A DNA stretch of 64,000 bases from a phage. Where the stretch lies: sequence record PZ452606.1; one strand, 5' to 3'. Made by a program: the position numbers and the translations under genes. How positions within the stretch are numbered: position 1 is the first letter of the stretch; every line of letters begins with the position of its first letter. Positions 51,762-62,015 of this stretch are shown in pieces. The notes beneath the pieces are model-generated. The model made no database searches and had not been told where the DNA came from. It saw only the letters and a list, made by a program, of their open reading frames with translations.

Positions 51762-54700
51762 ATGGCCGAGATTAAAAGAAAGTTCAGAGCAGAAGATGGT
51801 CTGGACGCAGGTGGTGATAAAATAATCAACGTAGCTTTAGCTGATCGTGCCGTAGGAACTGACGGTGTTAACGTTGATTACTTAATTCAAGAAAACACAG
51901 TTCAACAATACGATCCAACTCGTGGATATTTAAAAGATTTTGTAATCATTTATGATAACCGCTTTTGGGCTGCTATAAATGATATTCCAAAACCGGCAGG
52001 AGCTTTTAATAGCGGACGCTGGAGAGCATTACGTACCGATGCTAACTGGATTACGGTTTCATCTGGTTCATATCAATTAAAATCTGGTGAAGCTATTTCG
52101 GTTAACACCGCAGCTGGTAATGATATTACATTTACTTTACCATCTACCCCAATTGACGGTGATACTATCGTTCTCCAAGATATTGGAGGAAAACCTGGAG
52201 TTAACCAAGTTTTAATTGTAGCTCCAGTGCAAAGTATTGTAAACTTCAGAGGTCAACAAGTACGTTCAGTACTAATGACTCATCCAAAATCGCAGATAGT
52301 TTTAATTTTTAGTAATCGTCTGTGGCAAATGTATGTTGCCGATTATAGTAGAGAAGCTGTCGTTGTAACACCAGCAAGTCTCTATCAGGCGCAATCTAAT
52401 GATTTTATCGTACGTAGATTTACTTCTGCTGCACCAATTAATGTTAAACTTCCAAGATTTGCTAATCATGGCGATATTATTAATTTCGTTGATTTAGATA
52501 AACTGAATCCACTTTATCATACAATTGTTACTACATACGATGAAACGACTTCAGTACAAGAAGTTGGAACTCATTCCATTGAAGGCCGTACATCAATTGA
52601 CGGTTTCTTGATGTTTGATGATAATGAGAAATTGTGGAGATTGTTTGACGGGGATAGTAAAGCACGTTTACGCATTATAACGACTAATTCTAATATTCGT
52701 CCAAACGAAGAAGTCATGGTATTTGGTGCGAATAACGGAACAACTCAAACAATTGAACTTCAGCTTCCAACTAATATTTCTGTTGGTGATACTGTTAAAA
52801 TTTCCATGAATTACATGAGAAAAGGACAAACAGTTAAAATCAAAGCTGCCGGTGAAGATAAAATTGCTTCTTCGGTTCAATTGTTGCAATTCCCAAAACG
52901 CTCAGAATATCCGCCTGAAGCTGAATGGGTTACAGTCCAAGAATTAGTTTTTAACGGTGAAACTAATTATGTTCCAGTTTTGCAACTTGCTTACATAGAA
53001 GATTCTGATGGAAAATATTGGGTTGTACAGCAAAACGTTCCAACTGTAGAAAGAGTAGACTCTTTAAATGATTCCACTAGAGCAAGATTAGGCGTAATTG
53101 CTTTAGCTACACAAGCTCAAGCTAACGTCGATTTAGAAAATTCTCCACAAAAAGAATTAGCAATTACTCCAGAAACATTAGCTAACCGTACTGCTACAGA
53201 AACTCGTAGAGGTATCGCAAGAATAGCAACTACTGCTCAAGTGAATCAGAACACCACATTCTCTTTTGCTGATGATATTATCATCACTCCTAAAAAGCTG
53301 AATGAAAGAACTGCTACAGAAACTCGCAGAGGTGTTGCAGAAATTGCTACTCAGCAAGAAACAAACGCAGGAACAGATGATACTACAATCATTACTCCTA
53401 AAAAGCTTCAAGCTCGTCAAGGTTCTGAATCATTATCCGGTATTGTAACTTTTGTATCTACTGCAAGTGCTACTCCAGCTTCTAGCCGTGAATTAAATGG
53501 TACGAATGTTTATAATAAAAACACTAATAATTTAGTTGTTTCACCTAAAGCTTTGGATCAGTATAAAGCTACTCCAACGCAGCAAGGTGCAGTAATTTTA
53601 GCAGTTGAAAGTGAAGTAATTGCTGGACAAAGTCAGGAAGGATGGGCAAATGCTGTTGTAACGCCAGAAACGTTACATAAAAAGACATCAACTGATGGAA
53701 GAATTGGTTTAATTGAAATTGCTACGCAAAGTGAAGTTAATACAGGAACTGATTATACTCGTGCAGTCACTCCTAAAACTTTAAATGACCGTAGAGCAAC
53801 TGAAAGTTTAAGTGGTATAGCTGAAATTGCTACACAAGTTGAATTCGACGCAGGCGTCGACGATACTCGTATCTCTACACCATTAAAAATTAAAACCAGA
53901 TTTAATAGTACTGATCGTACTTCTGTTGTTGCTCTATCTGGATTAGTTGAATCAGGAACTCTCTGGGACCATTATACCCTTAATATTCTTGAAGCAAATG
54001 AGACACAGCGTGGTACACTTCGTGTAGCTACACAGGTCGAAGCTGCTGCAGGAACATTAGATAATGTTTTAATAACTCCTAAAAAGCTTTTAGGTACTAA
54101 ATCTACCGAAGCACAAGAAGGTGTTATTAAAGTTGCAACCCAGTCTGAAACCGTAGCTGGAACATCAGCAAATACTGCTGTATCTCCAAAAAATTTAAAA
54201 TGGATTGTGCAGAGTGAACCTACTTGGGCAGCTACTACTGCAATAAGAGGTTTTGTTAAAACTTCATCTGGTTCAATTACATTCGTTGGTAATGATACAG
54301 TCGGTTCTACCCAAGATTTAGAACTATATGAGAAAAATAGCTATGCAGTATCACCATATGAATTAAACCGTGTATTAGCAAATTATTTGCCGTTAAAAGC
54401 AAAAGCTGCTGATACAAATTTATTGGATGGTCTAGATTCATCTCAGTTCATTCGTAGGGATATTGCACAGACGGTTAATGGTTCACTAACCTTAACCCAA
54501 CAAACGAATCTGAGTGCCCCTCTTGTATCATCTAGTACTGCTACGTTTGGTGGTTCAGTTTCGGCAAATAGTACATTAACTATTTCTAATACTGGAACGG
54601 CAACTCGTCTGATTTTTGAGAAAGGACCTCAAACTGGAACTAACCCAGCACAGACGATGACTATCAGAGTTTGGGGAAATCAGTTTGGTGGTGGATCAGA

Positions 54701-55631
54701 TACAACACGTTCTACTGTATTTGAAGTTGGTGATGAAACATCTAATCACTTTTATTCTCAACGTAATAAAGCTGGTAATATTACGTTTAGCATTAATGGT
54801 ACTGTGATGCCAATAAATGTTAACGCTTCCGGTTCATTGAATGCGAATGGCGTAGCAACATTTGGTAGTTCAGTTACAGCCAATGGTGAATTCATTAGCA
54901 AGTCTGCAAATGCTTTCAGAGCAATAAACGGTGATTATGGATTCTTTATCAGGAATGATGGCGGCAGCACATATTTTATGCTCACTGCATCCGGTGATCA
55001 GACTGGCGGATTTAATGGATTACGTCCTTTAGCTATTAATAATGCATCTGGCCAAGTAACGATTGGTGAAAGCTTAATCATTGCCAAAGGTGCTACTATA
55101 AATTCAGGTGGTTTGACTGTTAACTCGAGAATTCGTTCTCAGGGTACTAAAACATCTGATTTATATACCCGTGCGCCAACATCTGATACTGTAGGATTCT
55201 GGTCAATCGATATTAACGATTCAGCCACTTATAACCAGTTCCCAGGTTATTTTAAAATGGTTGAAAAAACTAATGAAGTGACTGGACTTCCATACTTAGA
55301 ACGTGGCGAAGAAGTTAAATCTCCTGGTACACTGACACAGTTTGGTAACACACTTGATTCGCTTTACCAAGATTGGATTACTTATCCAACGACACCAGAA
55401 GCGCGTACCACTCGCTGGACACGTACATGGCAGAAAACCAAAAACTCTTGGTCAAGTTTTGTTCAGGTATTTGACGGAGGTAACCCTCCTCAGCCGTCTG
55501 ATATCGGTGCTTTACCGTCTGATAATGCTACAATGGGAAATCTTACTATTCGTGATTTCTTACGAATTGGTAATGTTCGCATTATTCCTGACCCAGCGAA
55601 TAAAACGGTTAAATTTGAATGGGTTGAATAA
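51762..55631 (+). CDS. 34: long tail fibre proximal subunit gp34
   Basis: 1289-aa ORF (T4 gp34 length); TATAAATA at 51720; internal ~40-aa repeats of the ETRRG.A.IAT type. Confidence 0.95.
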   Translation: MAEIKRKFRAEDGLDAGGDKIINVALADRAVGTDGVNVDYLIQENTVQQYDPTRGYLKDFVIIYDNRFWAAINDIPKPAGAFNSGRWRALRTDANWITVSSGSYQLKSGEAISVNTAAGNDITFTLPSTPIDGDTIVLQDIGGKPGVNQVLIVAPVQSIVNFRGQQVRSVLMTHPKSQIVLIFSNRLWQMYVADYSREAVVVTPASLYQAQSNDFIVRRFTSAAPINVKLPRFANHGDIINFVDLDKLNPLYHTIVTTYDETTSVQEVGTHSIEGRTSIDGFLMFDDNEKLWRLFDGDSKARLRIITTNSNIRPNEEVMVFGANNGTTQTIELQLPTNISVGDTVKISMNYMRKGQTVKIKAAGEDKIASSVQLLQFPKRSEYPPEAEWVTVQELVFNGETNYVPVLQLAYIEDSDGKYWVVQQNVPTVERVDSLNDSTRARLGVIALATQAQANVDLENSPQKELAITPETLANRTATETRRGIARIATTAQVNQNTTFSFADDIIITPKKLNERTATETRRGVAEIATQQETNAGTDDTTIITPKKLQARQGSESLSGIVTFVSTASATPASSRELNGTNVYNKNTNNLVVSPKALDQYKATPTQQGAVILAVESEVIAGQSQEGWANAVVTPETLHKKTSTDGRIGLIEIATQSEVNTGTDYTRAVTPKTLNDRRATESLSGIAEIATQVEFDAGVDDTRISTPLKIKTRFNSTDRTSVVALSGLVESGTLWDHYTLNILEANETQRGTLRVATQVEAAAGTLDNVLITPKKLLGTKSTEAQEGVIKVATQSETVAGTSANTAVSPKNLKWIVQSEPTWAATTAIRGFVKTSSGSITFVGNDTVGSTQDLELYEKNSYAVSPYELNRVLANYLPLKAKAADTNLLDGLDSSQFIRRDIAQTVNGSLTLTQQTNLSAPLVSSSTATFGGSVSANSTLTISNTGTATRLIFEKGPQTGTNPAQTMTIRVWGNQFGGGSDTTRSTVFEVGDETSNHFYSQRNKAGNITFSINGTVMPINVNASGSLNANGVATFGSSVTANGEFISKSANAFRAINGDYGFFIRNDGGSTYFMLTASGDQTGGFNGLRPLAINNASGQVTIGESLIIAKGATINSGGLTVNSRIRSQGTKTSDLYTRAPTSDTVGFWSIDINDSATYNQFPGYFKMVEKTNEVTGLPYLERGEEVKSPGTLTQFGNTLDSLYQDWITYPTTPEARTTRWTRTWQKTKNSWSSFVQVFDGGNPPQPSDIGALPSDNATMGNLTIRDFLRIGNVRIIPDPANKTVKFEWVE

Positions 55632-55639
55632 GAGGTATT

Positions 55640-56755
55640 ATGGAAAAATTTATGGCAGAGTTTGGACAAGGATATGTCCAAACGCCATTTTTATCGGAAA
55701 GTAATTCAGTAAGATACAAAATAAGTATAGCGGGTTCTTGCCCGCTTTCTACTGCAGGACCATATGTTAAATTTCAAGATAATCCCGTAGGAAGTCAAAC
55801 ATTTAGCGCAGGCCTTCATTTAAGAGTTTTTGACCCTTCCACCGGAGCATTAGTTGATAGTAAGTCATATGCTTTTTCGACTTCAAATGATACTACATCA
55901 GCTGCTTTTGTTAGTTTCATGAATTCTTTGACGAATAATCGAATTGTTGCTATATTAACTAGTGGAAAGGTTAATTTTCCTCCTGAAGTAGTATCTTGGT
56001 TAAGAACCGCCGGAACGTCTGCCTTTCCATCTGACTCTATATTGTCAAGATTTGACGTATCATATGCTGCTTTTTATACTTCTTCTAAAAGAGCTATCGC
56101 ATTAGAGCATGTTAAACTGAGTAATAGAAAAAGCACAGATGATTATCAAACTATTTTAGATGTTGTATTTGACAGTTTAGAAGACGTAGGAGCTACCGGG
56201 TTTCCAAGAAGAACGTATGAAAGTGTTGAGCAATTTATGTCGGCAGTCGGTGGAACTAATAACGAAATTGCGCGTCTACCAACTTCAGCTGCTATAAGTA
56301 AATTATCTGATTATAATTTAATTCCTGGAGATGTTCTTTATCTTAAAGCCCAGTTATATGCTGATGCTGATTTACTTGCTCTTGGAACTACAAATATATC
56401 TATCCGTTTTTATAATGCATCTAATGGATATATTTCCTCGACACAAGCTGAATTTACTGGGCAAGCTGGGTCATGGGAATTAAAGGAAGATTATGTAGTT
56501 GTTCCAGAAAATGCAGTAGGATTTACGATATATGCACAGAGAACTGCTCAAGCGGGACAAGGCGGTATGCGAAATTTAAGCTTTTCTGAAGTATCAAGAA
56601 ACGGCGGCATTTCAAAACCTGCTGAATTTGGCGTCAATGGTATTCGTGTTAATTATATTTGTGAATCTGCTTCACCTCCGGATATAATGGTACTTCCTAC
56701 GCAAGCATCGTCTAAAACTGGTAAAGTGTTTGGGCAAGAATTTAGAGAAGTATAA
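55640..56755 (+). CDS. 35: long tail fibre hinge protein gp35
   Basis: 371-aa ORF after gene 34; terminator hairpin and late promoter downstream. Confidence 0.9.
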   Translation: MEKFMAEFGQGYVQTPFLSESNSVRYKISIAGSCPLSTAGPYVKFQDNPVGSQTFSAGLHLRVFDPSTGALVDSKSYAFSTSNDTTSAAFVSFMNSLTNNRIVAILTSGKVNFPPEVVSWLRTAGTSAFPSDSILSRFDVSYAAFYTSSKRAIALEHVKLSNRKSTDDYQTILDVVFDSLEDVGATGFPRRTYESVEQFMSAVGGTNNEIARLPTSAAISKLSDYNLIPGDVLYLKAQLYADADLLALGTTNISIRFYNASNGYISSTQAEFTGQAGSWELKEDYVVVPENAVGFTIYAQRTAQAGQGGMRNLSFSEVSRNGGISKPAEFGVNGIRVNYICESASPPDIMVLPTQASSKTGKVFGQEFREV

Positions 56756-56760
56756 ATTGA

Positions 56761-56779
56761 GGGAGCCTTCGGGTTCCCT
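56761..56779 (+). terminator. rho-independent terminator after gene 35 (UUCG loop)
   Basis: GGGAGCC-TTCG-GGTTCCC followed by TTTTTCTTT. Confidence 0.7.
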
Positions 56780-56786
56780 TTTTCTT

Positions 56787-56794
56787 TATAAATA
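56787..56794 (+). promoter_or_regulatory. T4-type late promoter for gene 36
   Basis: Exact TATAAATA after the gene 35 terminator. Confidence 0.7.
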
Positions 56795-56817
56795 CTATTA
56801 AAATAAAGGGGCATACA

Positions 56818-57480
56818 ATGGCTGATTTAAAAGTAGGTTCAACAACCGGAGGCTCTGTCATTTGGCATCAAGGAAATTTTCCATTGAATCCAGCCGGTGA
56901 CGATGTACTCTATAAATCATTTAAAATATATTCAGAATATAATAAACCGCAGGCAGCTGATAACGATTTCGTTTCTAAAGCTAATGGTGGTACTTACGCC
57001 GCGACTGTTCGATTTAATGGAGGAGTACATGTTCCTACTATAGGTAGTAGTCAACAGTGCGGTGTTTATCCAGGTAACGGTGATGCAGCTACCTTTGCTA
57101 TGGCAAATATTGACATCGTTTCGTGGAATGGTATTGGTTTTAAATCATCACAAGGTTCAGCAGACCGAACTGTTGTAATTAATGCACGTAATGGTGATAT
57201 TAGTACAAAAGGCGTTATGACAGCAGTAGGTCAAATAAGAAGTAATGCAGTTGCTCCTGTAGCAGCAAATGACCTTACTCGAAAAGATTATGTTGATGGA
57301 GCAATAAATACTGTTACGGCAAATGCGGATTCTAGAGTTTTCCGTAAAGGAGACACTATGACTGGAAACTTAACCGCACCAAACTTTTTCTCACAGAATC
57401 CCGCATCTCAACCTTCACATGTTCCACGATTTGACCAAATCGTAATTAAGGATTCTGTTCAAGATTTCGGCTATTATTAA
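56818..57480 (+). CDS. 36: long tail fibre distal connector gp36
   Basis: 220-aa ORF; TATAAATA at 56787; precedes gene 37. Confidence 0.9.
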   Translation: MADLKVGSTTGGSVIWHQGNFPLNPAGDDVLYKSFKIYSEYNKPQAADNDFVSKANGGTYAATVRFNGGVHVPTIGSSQQCGVYPGNGDAATFAMANIDIVSWNGIGFKSSQGSADRTVVINARNGDISTKGVMTAVGQIRSNAVAPVAANDLTRKDYVDGAINTVTANADSRVFRKGDTMTGNLTAPNFFSQNPASQPSHVPRFDQIVIKDSVQDFGYY

Positions 57481-57488
57481 GAGGACTT

Positions 57489-60400
57489 ATGGCTACTTTA
57501 AAACAAATACAATTTAAAAGAAGCAAAACCGCAGGTGCACGTCCTGCTGCTTCAGTATTAGCCGAAGGTGAATTGGCTATAAACTTAAAAGATAGAACAA
57601 TTTTTACTAAAGATGATTCAGGAAATATCATTGATCTAGGTATTGCTAAAGGCGGTCAAATTGATGGAAATGTAACTATTGATGGAACTTTACGCGTCAA
57701 TGGACCAATAAACAACTTTGGAAATTTTTCTACAAGTGGTACTATTACGGCAAGTAATATTGTTTCTGCTACAGTATTCAGATCAACATCCGGTTCATTT
57801 TATACAAGAGCAATAAATGATACTGCAAATGCCCATCTTTGGTTTGAAAATACAAATGGCTCAGAACGTGGCGTTTTATATTCAAAACCGCAGTCTGAAA
57901 ATGAAGGCGTAATTACAATGCGTGTTCGTCAAGGAACCGCTGCGGGAGCTCAAAATTCAGAATTTCATTTCATTTCTACTGATGGCGGTATCTTCCAGGC
58001 ACGTAAGTTAACTGCTTTAACTTCTATTAGTACACCAACTATTAGTGTTAATTTAATTAATCATGATTCTAAATCATTTGGACAATACGATTCACAATCT
58101 TTGGTTAACTATGTTTATCCTGGAACCGGTGAAACAAATGGTGTAAACTATCTTCGTAAAGTTCGAGCTAAATCAGGTGGAACTATTTACCATGAAATTT
58201 GTACAGCTCAGACTGGGCTAGCTGATGAAGTTTCTTGGTGGACTGGTAATATACCGTTATTTAAACTATACGGTATTCGTAACGACGGTAGAATGATTAT
58301 CCGCAATAGCTTGGCCATTGGTACTGTGACTGAAGGATACCCGTCAAGCGATTATGGAAATACCGGGGTAATGGGAGATAGGTATTTAGCTCTTGGCGAT
58401 AATGCTTCTGGACTTAAATGGGTTCGTACTGGCGTTATTGACTTAATGGCTAACGGTATTTCTGCGGCGACTATTATTAATAATGGTATTAATAGTACTA
58501 AAAAATTGATGGTTGGTTATAGTCGAGATTCTGGTTCTACTTGGGATTTCCCAAATAACAACCAAGCAATGTTTACTGCGCGTACCGATGTTGATGGTAA
58601 TAATAACGGTGATGGTCAAACTCATATCGGTTATAGCAGTAATTCTAAAATGTATCACTATTTCCGTGGTACAGGTCGTATGTCCGTTAGTATGGGCGAT
58701 GGACTTCTTGTTGAGCCTGGCATTTTAGATATTAAAACTGGTTCAAATTCATTAAATTTGCGTGCTGATGGTACTGTTGCATCTACTCAAGAAGTTAAGC
58801 TTAATAATGGGTTATTCTTTAATAGTAGTTCTTCTAACGCCGGTCTTAAATTTGGCGCTTCTTCTTCTATAAATGGAACTAAGACAATACAATGGAACGC
58901 AGGCACCCGCCCGGGTCAGAACAAAAGCTATGTGACCATGAAAGCATGGGGCAATGCATTTGAGGATAACACTAATAAAAACAGAGAAACTGTATTTGAA
59001 TTAGGCGATGGACAGGGTTGGCATTTTTATTCACAACGCGTTGCTCCTGTAGCAGGTTCTACTGTCGGTTCTGTTGAATTTGCGATGGCCGGTAGTTTAT
59101 TAACTTCTGGTTCTATTACAACAAGATCTTCCCTGAATGCTGATAATGGATTGTCTGTAAATGGACAAGCTAAATTTGGTGGAACGGCAGATGCATTAAG
59201 AATTTGGAATGCTGAATACGGTGCTATTTTCCGTCGCTCAGAAAGTAATCTTTATATTATACCGACTCCTAAAGATGCTGGAGAATCGGGCGGTATAAGT
59301 AATCTTAGACCATTGATAATAGAACTGAACACTGGCACAGTTAAAATGTCGCATGATGTTCATTTAGGAGATTCTGGATCTGGTACAGGACTTTTACAAG
59401 TAAGTAATAGTCTTAAAACTATTAAAATGATATGTCCAGTAACTATTAATGAACGCAATGCAGCGCTTACCCTGGATTCTCCTTCATCTTCTTCTGCTAA
59501 TTATTTACAGGGTTCTAAAGCTGGAACTAGATCATGGTACGTTGGTCTTGGCGGCGCTGGAAATGATTTATCTCTTTATAGCCAATCTTATGGACATGGT
59601 CTTGTTATAAGCGATAATTTCGTGTCAATCAGTAAACCTCTTAAAGTTGGAAATGCCCAACTAGGAACTGATGGTAATATTACTAGCGGTTCAGGAAACT
59701 TTGCCAACTTGAACACCACACTAAACCGTAAAGTTAATTCTGGATTTATTACTTATGGAGCAACCGCTGGATGGTATAAGTTTGCAACAGTAACAATGCC
59801 ACAATCCACTTCGACGGTCTTCTTTAAAATAGTTGGAGGTTCTGGATTTAATAGCGGATTATTCACACAATGTAATATTGCTGAAATTGTTTTACGTACT
59901 AGTAATGAAAGACCTGCTGACTTAAATGCTGCATTATACACAAGAACAATTGGAGCTGCATTTAAAGATATTGCAGTTAATAACGTCTCTGGAGATACAT
60001 ATGACATTTATGTTTCTGCTGGAACATATTGTAATCAATTAGCTTGTGAGTGGTCATGTACCGAAAATGCTACTGTTAGTGTTATTGGTATTAACTCATC
60101 TACACAATCACCTGTAGATGCTCTTCCAGATACAGCAGTTAATGGTCAAGTTGCTAATGTTCTTAATAACTTGGTTGATCGCGGTAAAGTTAAGCGTTAT
60201 GAAGCCGATTCTGAAATAGCTATTAATAGCCAAACCGGTATTCGTATCAGAAGCAATGCCGATAAAACTGGTTCTGTGGCTACAATGTTACGAAATGATG
60301 GTGGTAGTTTTTATATTCTGTTTACAGATAAAAATGCCACTGATGGCGCAGCAACTGTTAACGGCGATTGGAATAGTAAACGTCCTTTCGCAATTAACTT

Positions 60401-61169
60401 AACAACCGGCGAAGTGATGATGAATAACGGCATAGCTGTTCGCAGCGCTGCTTTATTCTATAATAGCATAAACGTCAAAGATAATGGTTCTATTAACTTT
60501 GATAAGTCCGGCGCTAACCCGAGAAACATGCGTATATTCCATGCAGGTGATGGCACTCGTGGTAATCGCATTGAAATTGCTGATGAAACAAACTATATTG
60601 CTTACTTCCAAAAATTACCTGGTGGTCAAAATCAGGTTTCATTCAATAGTGCTACACTTTCTGGATTAACACAGTGTAATCAATTTGGTGTTAACACAAC
60701 AAACGCACTTGGTGGAAACAGTATAACATTTGGTGATACTGATACTGGTATTAAGCAAAATGGCGATGGATTATTAGACATATATGCGAACAACGTGCAA
60801 GTGTTCCGTTTCCAAAATGGTGATTTGTACTCATATAAAAATATAAATGCTCCAAACGTTTATATTCGTTCTGATATTCGTTTAAAATCTAACTTCAAAC
60901 CTATCGAAAATGCACTTGATAAAGTTGAAAAACTCAATGGTGTCATTTATGATAAAGCTGAATACATCGGTGGAGAGGCAATTGAAACTGAAGCGGGTAT
61001 TGTAGCTCAAACGTTACAAGACGTTTTACCAGAAGCCGTCCGTGAAACAGAAGACAGCAAGGGTAATAAAATACTCACTGTTTCTTCTCAAGCCCAGATT
61101 GCTCTTCTGGTTGAAGCTGTGAAAACACTTTCTGCTCGTGTAAAAGAACTTGAATCTAAACTTTTGTAA
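57489..61169 (+). CDS. 37: long tail fibre distal subunit gp37 (T2/T6-type, with C-terminal intramolecular chaperone domain)
   Basis: 1226-aa ORF, longer than T4 gp37 as I recall; C-terminal ~100 aa (from SDIRLKSNF...GIVAQTLQDVLPEAV) resemble S74-peptidase-type self-cleaving chaperone domains. Confidence 0.9.
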   Translation: MATLKQIQFKRSKTAGARPAASVLAEGELAINLKDRTIFTKDDSGNIIDLGIAKGGQIDGNVTIDGTLRVNGPINNFGNFSTSGTITASNIVSATVFRSTSGSFYTRAINDTANAHLWFENTNGSERGVLYSKPQSENEGVITMRVRQGTAAGAQNSEFHFISTDGGIFQARKLTALTSISTPTISVNLINHDSKSFGQYDSQSLVNYVYPGTGETNGVNYLRKVRAKSGGTIYHEICTAQTGLADEVSWWTGNIPLFKLYGIRNDGRMIIRNSLAIGTVTEGYPSSDYGNTGVMGDRYLALGDNASGLKWVRTGVIDLMANGISAATIINNGINSTKKLMVGYSRDSGSTWDFPNNNQAMFTARTDVDGNNNGDGQTHIGYSSNSKMYHYFRGTGRMSVSMGDGLLVEPGILDIKTGSNSLNLRADGTVASTQEVKLNNGLFFNSSSSNAGLKFGASSSINGTKTIQWNAGTRPGQNKSYVTMKAWGNAFEDNTNKNRETVFELGDGQGWHFYSQRVAPVAGSTVGSVEFAMAGSLLTSGSITTRSSLNADNGLSVNGQAKFGGTADALRIWNAEYGAIFRRSESNLYIIPTPKDAGESGGISNLRPLIIELNTGTVKMSHDVHLGDSGSGTGLLQVSNSLKTIKMICPVTINERNAALTLDSPSSSSANYLQGSKAGTRSWYVGLGGAGNDLSLYSQSYGHGLVISDNFVSISKPLKVGNAQLGTDGNITSGSGNFANLNTTLNRKVNSGFITYGATAGWYKFATVTMPQSTSTVFFKIVGGSGFNSGLFTQCNIAEIVLRTSNERPADLNAALYTRTIGAAFKDIAVNNVSGDTYDIYVSAGTYCNQLACEWSCTENATVSVIGINSSTQSPVDALPDTAVNGQVANVLNNLVDRGKVKRYEADSEIAINSQTGIRIRSNADKTGSVATMLRNDGGSFYILFTDKNATDGAATVNGDWNSKRPFAINLTTGEVMMNNGIAVRSAALFYNSINVKDNGSINFDKSGANPRNMRIFHAGDGTRGNRIEIADETNYIAYFQKLPGGQNQVSFNSATLSGLTQCNQFGVNTTNALGGNSITFGDTDTGIKQNGDGLLDIYANNVQVFRFQNGDLYSYKNINAPNVYIRSDIRLKSNFKPIENALDKVEKLNGVIYDKAEYIGGEAIETEAGIVAQTLQDVLPEAVRETEDSKGNKILTVSSQAQIALLVEAVKTLSARVKELESKLL

Positions 61170-61170
61170 A

Positions 61171-61188
61171 AGAGGGCTTCGGCCCTCT
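61171..61188 (+). terminator. stem-loop between genes 37 and 38 (UUCG loop)
   Basis: AGAGGGC-TTCG-GCCCTCT, then AAGGATTTTTAATG. Confidence 0.5.
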
Positions 61189-61199
61189 AAGGATTTTTA

Positions 61200-61985
61200 A
61201 TGGCAATTGTAGGTGTTCCTGGCTGGATTGGTGAATCTGCCGTGAATGAAACTGGACAACGCTGGATGGATGCTGCGATGAGAGCAGTTCGTGTTTCAGT
61301 TCCTGGTTGGATGAGTTCAATGGCTGGGCAATCTAAAGAAGTATATTATAGCATTGGTGCTAGCAATTCTTACAATAAAGACACACTAATAAATTGGATA
61401 AAAGCCCAAGGAAGTACTCCTGTTGTTATTACAATTACAGGCAATATCGTTTCTTCATCGACAGGTCAACCATGCTTAGATTTTCCTAGCTCATTAACTA
61501 ATGCATACGTGACACTTAATATCAATTCAGGCGTGCATGTTTGGGGGCGCGGCGGGAATGGCGGAAATAACTCTGCTGGCGGAGCAGGAGGAACTGCAAT
61601 AAATAACGGAATTGGAACTAGATTACGTATTAACAACAATGGTGTTATCGCAGGCGGCGGTGGCGGCGGTGGCGGCGGGTATTATTCTCCTTTTTCACAA
61701 ATGAGATTAACCTTTGGCGGTGGTGGTGGGCGTCCGTTTGGTGCTGCCGGTGGGTCTGCTAATATGGAACAGGGTGCTACTGCTGGTACTATTTCTGCGC
61801 CAGGTAAAGGGTCTGTCAACGGTATCTATAATGGCGGGAATGGTGGTGATGCCGGAGCCGCAGGAGGTAAATGTAATATTCGCGGTCAAGGATCAGAATA
61901 TAACGGCGGTGCTGCGGGTAAAGCTGTTACTGGTAATGCTCCAACTTGGACTAAAGTTGGTACAATATACGGTTCAAGAGTATAA
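61200..61985 (+). CDS. 38: gp38 receptor-recognising adhesin (T2/T6-type, glycine-rich motifs)
   Basis: 261-aa ORF; conserved N-terminal region then Gly-rich motifs (GRGGNGGNNSAGGAGG, GGGGGGGGG, FGGGGGRPFGAAGG, NGGNGGDAGAAGG) separated by short variable segments; differs from the T4-type gp38 chaperone. Confidence 0.85.
   Translation: MAIVGVPGWIGESAVNETGQRWMDAAMRAVRVSVPGWMSSMAGQSKEVYYSIGASNSYNKDTLINWIKAQGSTPVVITITGNIVSSSTGQPCLDFPSSLTNAYVTLNINSGVHVWGRGGNGGNNSAGGAGGTAINNGIGTRLRINNNGVIAGGGGGGGGGYYSPFSQMRLTFGGGGGRPFGAAGGSANMEQGATAGTISAPGKGSVNGIYNGGNGGDAGAAGGKCNIRGQGSEYNGGAAGKAVTGNAPTWTKVGTIYGSRV
61653..61679 (+). repeat. (GGCGGCGGT)x3 codon microsatellite encoding Gly9 in gp38
   Basis: ggcggcggt ggcggcggt ggcggcggg read directly in-frame in gene 38. 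Confidence 0.9.
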
Positions 61986-62015
61986 TTTGAATAAATATCC
62001 TTAAAAGGAGGGTCT

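Noticed and set aside
61707-62004. Alternative-frame ORFs over the Gly-rich part of gene 38
   Set aside because: Products of GGC/GGT repeat reading in other frames; gene 38 frame is supported by start context and adhesin architecture
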